DNA from: Solirubrobacterales bacterium
GTDB lineage: Bacteria; Actinomycetota; Thermoleophilia; Solirubrobacterales; 70-9
Assembly (NCBI GenBank): GCA_035703365.1
Contig: DASSYI010000007.1
Location: forward strand, 1,696-65,695
Reading direction: 5' to 3'
Length of the DNA: 64,000 bases
Shown: in pieces, positions 46,385 to 53,916 of the stretch
Numbering within the stretch: the first letter of the stretch is position 1
Layout: each line of letters starts with the position of its first letter
Made by a program: the position numbers and the translations under genes
The notes under the pieces: generated by a model
Databases searched by the model: none
Told to the model about the DNA's origin: nothing
The model's input: only the letters and a program-made list of their open reading frames with translations

Positions 46385-47542
46385 ATGGTTCAGCCTGAGC
46401 AGCGGCCGATTTCGGGGCACGTCTTCAAGCGCAAAGGCAAGCGCGGGACGGTCTGGTACGCGAAGTACCGGCTTCCGGATGGGCGGCAGCAGAAAAAGCG
46501 GCTGGGCCTGAACTGGACCGAGAAGACCGCGCCGCCTGATGGCTACTTCACGAAAACGACGGCGCAGGCGCAGCTTGACGCGATCCTGCGGCAGGCACGG
46601 GCGGGGACGCTGCCGGGGCAGGTGCAGACCGGCAAGACCTTCCGCGAGGCCAGCGCCGAGTGGCTGGCCTACTGCGAGAACGTCCGGGACTGCAAGGCAT
46701 CGACGCTCCGCGATTACGAGGCGCTTGCCGCCGTTCTCAATCGCCAGTTCGGGGACCGTAAGATCGAGACGATCACCGAGCGCGACATCGAGACTTGGAT
46801 CAGCGGCTATCCCGGCTCCAACCGGACGCGGCAGAAGTACCTCGTCTGCCTCGGCTCGATCTTCAAGCGGGCGATGAAGGTCTACGGTCTGCCGCGAAAT
46901 CCGGTTGAGCTGGTGGAGCGGCCACGGGTGCGCAAGGCGGCGACGATCGACGTGCTGCGGCCGGAGGAGGTGATGGCGCTGGTGCGCGCTGCTGACGATG
47001 AACAGGACGCGGCGCTGTTCCATACCGCCGCCTTCGCGGGTCTGCGAATGGGGGAGCTGCTGGCGCTGCGCTGGCGCGACGTTGATTTCACGCGCCGGAC
47101 GATCCACGTCCGCGAGAACTGGACGCAGGGGGAGACGACGACGCCGAAGGGCGGCACCGAGCGGGCGGTGCCGATGGCGGAGGAGGTCGCCGAGCGGCTG
47201 GCGCGGCTCGGCCAGCGCAGCCACCACACCGCCGACGCCGATCTCGTCTTTTGCACCGACCGGGGCCAGCACCTCGGATACAAGTCGTTGAAGGACCGCT
47301 ATCGCGCCGCCCTGCGAGCGGCCGACCTCCGCGAGGACTTCCGGTTCCACAACCTGCGCCACACGTTCGGCAGCACGGTCATTCGCCACGCCGACTCGCG
47401 CGAGGTCATGGAGTGGATGGGCCACGCCGATCTGGCGACGACGCGGCGCTACCTCGCCTTCGTCGACCGTGGCGACGCCGCCAACCGAGTCTCGGAAGCG
47501 TTCCGCCTCGAGGAGCCGGACGCCTCGCCTGTCTCGGCTTGA
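46385..47542 (+). CDS. Tyrosine-type site-specific integrase
   Basis: 385-aa ORF with the catalytic pattern GLRMGELLALRWRDVD ... HNLRHTF ... GHADLATTRRY. Confidence 0.92.
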   Translation: MVQPEQRPISGHVFKRKGKRGTVWYAKYRLPDGRQQKKRLGLNWTEKTAPPDGYFTKTTAQAQLDAILRQARAGTLPGQVQTGKTFREASAEWLAYCENVRDCKASTLRDYEALAAVLNRQFGDRKIETITERDIETWISGYPGSNRTRQKYLVCLGSIFKRAMKVYGLPRNPVELVERPRVRKAATIDVLRPEEVMALVRAADDEQDAALFHTAAFAGLRMGELLALRWRDVDFTRRTIHVRENWTQGETTTPKGGTERAVPMAEEVAERLARLGQRSHHTADADLVFCTDRGQHLGYKSLKDRYRAALRAADLREDFRFHNLRHTFGSTVIRHADSREVMEWMGHADLATTRRYLAFVDRGDAANRVSEAFRLEEPDASPVSA

Positions 47543-47546
47543 CGAT

Positions 47547-47765
47547 CTAGCGTCGTCTGCGCGTCCCATAGGTGTTCTCCGCGATCCACTCGTCAAGGTC
47601 AGAGCGGGTGAACCGCAAGCCACGCTCGCCAATGCGAACGTGGGGCAGGCCCCGCGAGCGGACCAACTCGTAGAGGGTGGAGCGCGGGACACGAAGGAGC
47701 CGCGCGGCTTCGTCGGTCGTGAGCAGCGGTTGGGATTGCTGGAGCCGATTGGCAGCGCTGCTCAT
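47547..47765 (-). CDS. Excisionase-family helix-turn-helix DNA-binding protein
   Basis: 72-aa ORF with LTTDEAARLLRVPRSTLYELVRSRGLPHVRIGERGLRFTRSDLDEWI (MerR-like Xis/HTH_17 pattern). Confidence 0.7.
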   Translation of the reverse strand: MSSAANRLQQSQPLLTTDEAARLLRVPRSTLYELVRSRGLPHVRIGERGLRFTRSDLDEWIAENTYGTRRRR

Positions 47766-48551
47766 TGCTTGCCCTCGCCGATCCAGTTCACCGCTTCTTG
47801 CGGCTCGCCGACCGCGTAGAAGATCGGGGCAAAGGGGCCGCGATCCTTGAGGTCGTCAAGGAAGCAGAAGTAGATCGACACGTCATAGGCACGGTCGAGC
47901 GCGGGATGATTTCCGAGCAGCCAGAGCGCGACATCGAGTCGCCGACGCAGCGCCTCCCGCGATCCGCCGGTCAAGGCACAGATCACGGCCGGGAAGCTGT
48001 AGTAGTAATAGCTCCACAGCAGATTGCCGCTGCCTTTCTCCCGCGCCCGGTAAAGCTGCCCGTAGCGCGCGAGCTCGGCGACCAGCCTTTCAGCCGAGAG
48101 CGTGGCGCGATCCACCTCAACGAAGCGCTGATAGATCGCGATCTGCCGATCCTCGGGGCGGACGTAGGTGAAGACCGCATCGGCGATCAACGAGCGGCGC
48201 GCGGCCGCGGCCGCGGTTGAGGGGATGGGCGACCTCATGCCGCCAGGAAAGCGGCAGGAATTCGTCGCCCCTTTCCCCCGCCGCCTGCAGGAAGCTGATC
48301 CCGACCTCGTTGACGCCGAGGGTGTGGGCGGTCAGCGGCCCCGCCGCTTGCTTCGGGGTGAGAACCTTGGGCCGCTCTCGGGTTTCGCCGGCGGTGATCA
48401 CCGCATCAGCGCCGGCATCGGTCAGGAACCACACACGCCGGGGAGTGCGGCGAGTATCGACGTGGGCGATCAGGCCCGCCCGCTCCAAGTAGGCGAGCGC
48501 CTGTTGGGTGCGGCGCGGGCTGCGATCCGGGTAGTGGATCGCCGCGTTCAT
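47762..48551 (-). pseudogene. Replication-relaxation-family gene split by a frameshift
   Basis: The N-terminal frame (48551 down to about 48215) reads ...VWFLTDAGADAV...HTLGVNEVGISF...LSWRHEVAHPL. The C-terminal frame reads ...SLIADAVFTYV...VEVDRATLS. The frames switch inside a CGCGGCCGCGGCCGCGCGCCGC tract near 48195-48220. Confidence 0.6.
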
Positions 48552-48640
48552 GACGTACTTCTTGACTGAACGAGAATCTCCGATTATTATATGGACCCGT
48601 AACAAATGTGTCTCGGGGAGGCACAGACTGGGGAGAGATC

Positions 48641-49111
48641 ATGAGAATAGGCCAATGTGTTCTTGGAAGTTCAGGCCGTTTATCGGAAAGTCGGAGTCCT
48701 AGGCGACTCCGGTTGCGCTTTGTGGTCTTGTCTTTGTCTCTAGTTACCTGGGCATTGGTATTTGCTGCTCCGGCCATTTCCACCTGTGGAGGAGGGGAAA
48801 GCGGGTCAGAACGAATCGATATCAAACCCGACTCCTACAAGTTCACTACGTGGGGCACTAAAACTTTCACGCTGACGAATACCGGTACGGTGAGCGTCAC
48901 GCTCGTACATCCTCCAAAAACCAGCGCGAACAAACCAGGGTTCAGCTATAGCGAAGGCACTTGTGCAAATGTACAGCTACCCTTCAAACCCGGTCAATCG
49001 TGTAGCTTCACCATTACGGTCAACGCATGGGAACTTGATGGGTCTCTAGAATGGTATACCTCAACTTTGTTTGGGGCGTCAGACAAAGTTCTGGTGAACT
49101 CAACACCCTGA
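48641..49111 (+). CDS. Exported small beta-rich protein (island cargo)
   Basis: ATG at 48641 is preceded by GGGGAGAG. It has a signal/lipobox-like LVFAAPAISTCGG and FTLTNTGTVSVTL-type strands, at about 50% GC. Confidence 0.5.
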   Translation: MRIGQCVLGSSGRLSESRSPRRLRLRFVVLSLSLVTWALVFAAPAISTCGGGESGSERIDIKPDSYKFTTWGTKTFTLTNTGTVSVTLVHPPKTSANKPGFSYSEGTCANVQLPFKPGQSCSFTITVNAWELDGSLEWYTSTLFGASDKVLVNSTP

Positions 49112-49141
49112 CCCTGACCCTGAACAGAACCATCACAGACT

Positions 49142-49765
49142 GTGCCGCGAAGGCTGCAGACCTGGGTGATACGTAGCGGACTCGGTCTCGTATTGATAAT
49201 GGGTGCGCTCTGTGTTCAAGGGTGTGGGGGCCCAGCAGATACGGAAATGTCCCAGCAGCAGGCTTCTTCCGGGGGACTGAGGGTGGAGGCCGCCAGTGAA
49301 CTGATGGTGAGAAGCCCCGCTCTCGAAAACGGTCATGCCTCGGAAAAGCTCCCACTGCGCTATAGATGCAGCGAATCCTTTATTTGGCTTCCCTTGGAAT
49401 GGGGAACGGTCCCAGAGGGGACGAGTGAGGTTGTCGTTACCATCGTCGCGAGAACGCTCCACCGAAGAGGCAACGCAGTCTCTTCAGAACTCTTTAGCGA
49501 GTGGGTGATCGGGGGACTCTCACCTGGAACCCATGTGCTCTATCCAGGTCCGCTTCCTTCAGGGGCGTTTGTGACTGGGCATAACGTCAACATTTCCAAT
49601 TGCCCCCCGCGATCGCAAGAAACCGGGTTTGTATTTACCGTAATCGCCTTGCCGGAGGGCCACCAGCTTCAAAATATTGATTCAATTGACCTATCGACGA
49701 TTGAAGACTTGGAAGCGCGGGCTCTCGCAAAAGGCTACGTACTTGCCACCTATGGGAATGGATAG
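49142..49765 (+). CDS. PEBP/YbhB-like lipoprotein (island cargo)
   Basis: Lipobox LIMGALCVQGCGG. The layout LPLEWGTVPEGTSEVVVTIV ... FVFTVIALPEG resembles PEBP-family spacing, though the typical HW/HRY motifs are not clear. Confidence 0.5.
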   Translation: MPRRLQTWVIRSGLGLVLIMGALCVQGCGGPADTEMSQQQASSGGLRVEAASELMVRSPALENGHASEKLPLRYRCSESFIWLPLEWGTVPEGTSEVVVTIVARTLHRRGNAVSSELFSEWVIGGLSPGTHVLYPGPLPSGAFVTGHNVNISNCPPRSQETGFVFTVIALPEGHQLQNIDSIDLSTIEDLEARALAKGYVLATYGNG

Positions 49766-49782
49766 CACGCCAAAACAGTAGT

Positions 49783-50565
49783 TCAGGGAGAGCGTGGCGT
49801 AGGAGTGGCTGGTTGCAGTCCGATTAGAGACTCCCCGCCAAACTTCCCCCAGGTTGCTCCGGCGAAGGCGTCAATGGCCGCAAGCGTCTTTAGTTGGTGG
49901 TAGGAACGACAGCCGATTAAGTTCGTCCAAGTGGTGGCCGCGACCATGTAGGGCATGTCTGGATTCGGAAAGAGGATGGTTCCTCCGTAGATGGAGTTGT
50001 AAAACCCGATCAGTTCGAGCTGTGCTTGCTCGGGCAGATCGGGGCGGTATTGGATCGCGAGGCGGCCGTGCTCGAGGGAGTGCACGACGCTGGCGGGAGG
50101 AGGGGTCTTGCGATAGGCGCCGTCCGCCTGCTGTTCATCGACGTGGTCGCCGGACGTTGGGGGCTTCGTTTTGTAGCCCGGTTCTGGGGCGCTGGCCGGA
50201 ATGTGTTCGTGGCCCTCATCCGGTAAGCGCAGTCGAAGCTCGCAGCCGGCGGCTCGTACAGCCTTTTGGAGGCTTTGCTCTTTGAGCTCGGGAGGGTCGA
50301 TGCCGGCGCGGGTGTCCAGGGCGATGCCGTTGGTGATCCCGCTATCCAGGTTGATATGGGGGTCGCCGCGAGCGGCGGAGTCCGATCCGGAGGACAGGAC
50401 GACGATGCTAACGATCGCGATGAGAGCCACCAGTACGACGATGCCGTAGGCAGCTAGGAGGCGTCCTCTGCCTTGCGCGGAGGGCTGCCGAGGCCCAGAG
50501 TCGGCTGACTCTTGTTCCGTCTCGTCTCCCACCACCAGGAACTCTATTGACCAATGGCCCTGCAC
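49783..50565 (-). CDS. DUF3105-like membrane-anchored protein (island cargo)
   Basis: 260-aa ORF with one TM (LLAAYGIVVLVALIAIVSIVVL), then KPPTSGDHV and VHSLEHGRLAIQY, which I recall as DUF3105 hallmarks. The start is uncertain. Confidence 0.6.
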   Translation of the reverse strand: MQGHWSIEFLVVGDETEQESADSGPRQPSAQGRGRLLAAYGIVVLVALIAIVSIVVLSSGSDSAARGDPHINLDSGITNGIALDTRAGIDPPELKEQSLQKAVRAAGCELRLRLPDEGHEHIPASAPEPGYKTKPPTSGDHVDEQQADGAYRKTPPPASVVHSLEHGRLAIQYRPDLPEQAQLELIGFYNSIYGGTILFPNPDMPYMVAATTWTNLIGCRSYHQLKTLAAIDAFAGATWGKFGGESLIGLQPATPTPRSP

Positions 50566-50573
50566 TTCAACTT

Positions 50574-50593
50574 TTGGTCCCGAAATTGGTCCC
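50574..50593 (+). repeat. Paired TTGGTCCC motifs (candidate arm-type sites, attR side)
   Basis: ttTTGGTCCCGAAATTGGTCCCCAAct has the same two motifs as at 46345-46363, in swapped order and the same orientation. Confidence 0.6.
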
Positions 50594-50677
50594 CAACTCC
50601 AGCGAACTCAGCCGAACTCCTTGGACGTAGTCGGCTCTATCAGCCTAGATTTGGCCTGCTAGACACCTTCCGGCTGA

Positions 50678-50722
50678 ACTTCTAATCCGACGGTCGCTGG
50701 TTCGAATCCTGCCGGTGGCGCT
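50678..50722 (+). repeat. attR (displaced partial tRNA-Arg 3' half)
   Basis: 45-nt copy of 46243-46287 with two mismatches. Both fall at stem positions (T-stem 3' strand and acceptor 3' strand), and no 5' tRNA half is present. Confidence 0.85.
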
Positions 50723-50775
50723 GACGGCCGCGCTACCGTCCCGGCGTCTGGAAACCGCAAATTTGGAGGACGTCG

Positions 50776-51381
50776 ATGCCGGACACCACCTGCCATATGT
50801 CGATCTCGCTCGACGGCTTCGCCGCCGGGCCGGAGCAGAGCCGGGACGATCCGCTCGGGAAGCGCGGGATGGAGGTCCATAAGTGGCACCTCGGCGACGA
50901 GCGGGCGAACGAGGCCGACGCGACGGCGGAAGGCTGGCTGATGCGACCGCGCGGCGCTTACGTCATGGGCCGCAATATGTTCGGGCCGATCCGCGGCGGG
51001 TGGGATGAGGACTGGGATGGATGGTGGGGCTCCGATCCGCCCTACCACGCGCCGGTCTTCGTGCTCACCCACCACGCTCGCGAGCCGGTCGAGATGGAGG
51101 GCGGCACGAGCTTCCATTTCGTCACCGACGGTTTTGAGGCCGCCTACGCGCAGGCGCTCGAGGCGGCTGGCGAGGACGGCGTCGACATCGCGGGCGGCGC
51201 CTCGACCGTCCGTCAGGCGCTCGCCGCCGGCGTGATCGACGAACTCACGCTCGATGTGGTCCCGGTCCTGCTCGGCGCCGGCGAGCGGCTGTTCGACGGC
51301 GTCGAGTCCTTCGAGTTCGAGCCGGTCGAGGTGCTCCACTCTCCGCTCGCCACCCACATCCGCTACCGGCGGGCGGGGTGA
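50776..51381 (+). CDS. Dihydrofolate-reductase-like (RibD C-terminal domain) family protein
   Basis: 201-aa ORF with MSISLDGFAAGP... and C-terminal IDELTLDVVPVLLGAGERLF. Confidence 0.78.
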   Translation: MPDTTCHMSISLDGFAAGPEQSRDDPLGKRGMEVHKWHLGDERANEADATAEGWLMRPRGAYVMGRNMFGPIRGGWDEDWDGWWGSDPPYHAPVFVLTHHAREPVEMEGGTSFHFVTDGFEAAYAQALEAAGEDGVDIAGGASTVRQALAAGVIDELTLDVVPVLLGAGERLFDGVESFEFEPVEVLHSPLATHIRYRRAG

Positions 51382-52193
51382 GCAGCCGGAGGGCGCTGGC
51401 GGCGGCGCGCTCAGTGGCGCGGGAGCAGGGAGTGCCTTGCGAGCGGGCGGTGGTCGCCTACTCGGGCAGCAACGTTCTCGTCCATCTGGCGCCCTCGCCG
51501 GTCGTGGCGCGGGTGATGACGGGGACGGTGGCTTTGCACGATGACCCGGAGGTCTGGCTGGCCCGCGAGGTCGAGGTTCTGAAGTTCCTCGAGCCGACTG
51601 GGCTCGCGGTCGCTCCGAGCCCGTCGGTCGACCCGGGCCCGTACGAGGCCGACGGCCTGTGGATGACGTTCTGGGCCCGGGTGGAGGTGGAGGGCCGGAC
51701 CGAAGCGGACGATCCGGTGCGGCTGGGTCGATCACTGCGCGAGCTGCACGACGCGCTTTCGGGGTTCTCGGGCGAGCTGGCCGGGTTCCGGGACCTCCAG
51801 GAGGACATCGAGCGTCTGCGCCTGCAGCTGCGGCCATCGGCGACCCTCGGCGCCGACAAGATCGAGGCCCTGGCGGAAAGTCTGGAGGAGCTCAGCGATT
51901 CGGTCTTCGGGCTCTCCCTGCCGACCCAAGCGCTGCATGGCGATGCCACCCTGGGCAACCTGCTCTCGACCCCCGAAGGTCCGGTCTGGAACGACTTCGA
52001 GGACACCTTCCGCGGCCCGGTCGAGTGGGACCTGGCCGGCTATGCGATGAGCCTCGAATACAACGGCGCGGACTCAGATTTCGTCCAGCGGGCGCTCGCC
52101 GCCTATGGCTGGGGCGACCGGCGGGAGCTCGATCCTTTCACCGCCGCGCACAAGGTCTACGACGAGATCTGGCACCTGTACTGCTCCCAATAG
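51378..52193 (+). CDS. Aminoglycoside/choline-kinase-type phosphotransferase (APH family)
   Basis: Brenner-like LHGDATLGNLL and WNDFEDT motifs. The GTG start overlaps the upstream stop. Confidence 0.75.
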   Translation: MSSRRALAAARSVAREQGVPCERAVVAYSGSNVLVHLAPSPVVARVMTGTVALHDDPEVWLAREVEVLKFLEPTGLAVAPSPSVDPGPYEADGLWMTFWARVEVEGRTEADDPVRLGRSLRELHDALSGFSGELAGFRDLQEDIERLRLQLRPSATLGADKIEALAESLEELSDSVFGLSLPTQALHGDATLGNLLSTPEGPVWNDFEDTFRGPVEWDLAGYAMSLEYNGADSDFVQRALAAYGWGDRRELDPFTAAHKVYDEIWHLYCSQ

Positions 52194-52257
52194 GCAATTC
52201 GTCCAGATCGATCGTTTTCGGGCCTAGCCATCCGCTCCGGCTGGAAGAGTCCCGCAA

Positions 52258-53889
52258 ATGGTGCGGCGCCCGAGCCAAAAGCTGTTCGCGATCCTTGTCA
52301 CCCTGAGCTTGCTGGTCTTTGCCGGCTGCGGCTCGAGTGGCGGGGGCTCGGAGTCGGGCACCCTGAAAGCGACGTTCGGCTCCTTCCCCGACTACCTCGA
52401 CCCGGCGCTCTCGCACTCCGAGGAAGGGTGGACGGCGATCTACGACACCTACATCCCGCTGCTCACCTACAAGCACGCCTCCGGCAAAGAAGGCAGCCAG
52501 GTGATCCCGGGGCTGGCGCGCTCGCTGCCGAAGATCAGCTCCGACCGGAAGACGTATGAGCTGCGGCTGCGAGACGGGCTGCGCTACTCGGACGGGTCGC
52601 CGGTCAAGGCCTCGGACTTCGCGCGGGCGATGGAACGGGTCTTCCTGCTCAACTCCAGCGGCTCGCCCTTCTACACCGACATCGTCGGCGCCGCGGAGTT
52701 CGCGAAGAGCAAGAAGGGCGGCATCCCGGGCATCGTCACCGACGACGCGACGGGCGAGATCACGATCCACCTGGCGCGGCCGCGCGGCACCTTCCTGCAG
52801 GAGCTGGCGCTGCCGTTCGCGGCGCCGCTGCCCGCCGGCACCGCCGACCAGGATCTGACGGCCGACCCGCCGCCGGCCACCGGCCCCTACGAGATCGTCT
52901 CCTCCAAGCCGGGCCGCGGCTGGTCGTACGCGCGCAACCCGTTCTGGGAAAAGGCCAACGCCGAGCGGATGCCGGAGCTCCCCAGCGGCCACGTCGACAA
53001 GATCGAGGTGACGGTGCTGCGCAACCCGGCGACCCAGGTCAGCGACATCGAAAACGGGACCTACGACTGGATGGAGAACCCGCCGCCGCCCGACCAGTAC
53101 GCGGCGGTGAAGGAGAAGTACGAGGGCACCCAGTTCCGCGTCGAGGAGACCGAGAGCACCTACTTCTTCTGGATGAACGTGACCGAGCCGCCGTTCGACG
53201 ACCTGGCGGTGCGCCAGGCGGTCAACCACGCCGTCGACCCGCGCGCGCTGGAACGGATTTACGCCGGCCAGCTGGTCGGCACCCAGCAGATCCTGCCGCC
53301 CGGGATGCCCGGCTTCGAGCGCTACGAGCTCTACCCCTACGACCTGGAGAAGGCGAAGCGGATGATCGCCGAAGCCGACCCGGCCGACCGCGAGATCACC
53401 GTCTGGACCGACAACGAAAAGACCCAGGAAGAAGCCGGCACCTACTACGCAGCGGTGCTGGAAGACATCGGCTTCGACGTGAAGCTGCAGGTGATGAACG
53501 CCGACAACTACTTCACGATCATCGGCAATGCCTCGACCCCGAACCTCGACACCGGCTGGGCGAGCTGGTTCCAGGACTACCCGCACCCCAACGACTTCTT
53601 CCAGCCGCTGCTCTCCGAAGAAAGCATCTTTCCGACCAACACCTCGAACCTCTCGCGGATTGCCGACCCGACCCTGAGCGCGAAGATCGCGACCCTCGCC
53701 GAACAGCCGCTCGACGCCGGGGTCGAAGCCGAATACGCCGCCCTCGACCGCGAATTCATGGAACAGGCGCCGTGGGCCCCCTACGGCACCGGCACGATTC
53801 CGACCTTCGTCTCCGCGGCGATCGACCTCGACGAAGTGATTTACAACCCGACCTTCAACCAGGACCTGACCAGCTTCCGCTTCAAGTAG
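52258..53889 (+). CDS. ABC transporter substrate-binding lipoprotein, family 5 (peptide/nickel type)
   Basis: 543-aa ORF with lipobox LLVFAGCGSSGG and SBP_bac_5-like length and motifs (YDWMENPPP, FFWMNVTEPPFDD). Confidence 0.85.
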   Translation: MVRRPSQKLFAILVTLSLLVFAGCGSSGGGSESGTLKATFGSFPDYLDPALSHSEEGWTAIYDTYIPLLTYKHASGKEGSQVIPGLARSLPKISSDRKTYELRLRDGLRYSDGSPVKASDFARAMERVFLLNSSGSPFYTDIVGAAEFAKSKKGGIPGIVTDDATGEITIHLARPRGTFLQELALPFAAPLPAGTADQDLTADPPPATGPYEIVSSKPGRGWSYARNPFWEKANAERMPELPSGHVDKIEVTVLRNPATQVSDIENGTYDWMENPPPPDQYAAVKEKYEGTQFRVEETESTYFFWMNVTEPPFDDLAVRQAVNHAVDPRALERIYAGQLVGTQQILPPGMPGFERYELYPYDLEKAKRMIAEADPADREITVWTDNEKTQEEAGTYYAAVLEDIGFDVKLQVMNADNYFTIIGNASTPNLDTGWASWFQDYPHPNDFFQPLLSEESIFPTNTSNLSRIADPTLSAKIATLAEQPLDAGVEAEYAALDREFMEQAPWAPYGTGTIPTFVSAAIDLDEVIYNPTFNQDLTSFRFK

Positions 53890-53916
53890 CCGCGGGTCAG
53901 ATCTCCAGTCGCGGCT
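53888..53916. terminator. Weak hairpin between convergent genes
   Basis: AGCCGCG-15 nt-CGCGGCT spans both stop codons. The stem is short, so support is low. Confidence 0.3.

Larger units (their letters stand above)
46243..50722 (+). mobile_element. tRNA-Arg-integrated genomic island (about 4.4 kb) with tyrosine integrase
   Basis: 45-nt direct repeats lie at 46243-46287 (the 3' half of the tRNA) and 50678-50722. The integrase gene is adjacent to the tRNA, excisionase-like and replication-relaxation-like genes follow, and the cargo drops to about 50-55% GC. Confidence 0.78.
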
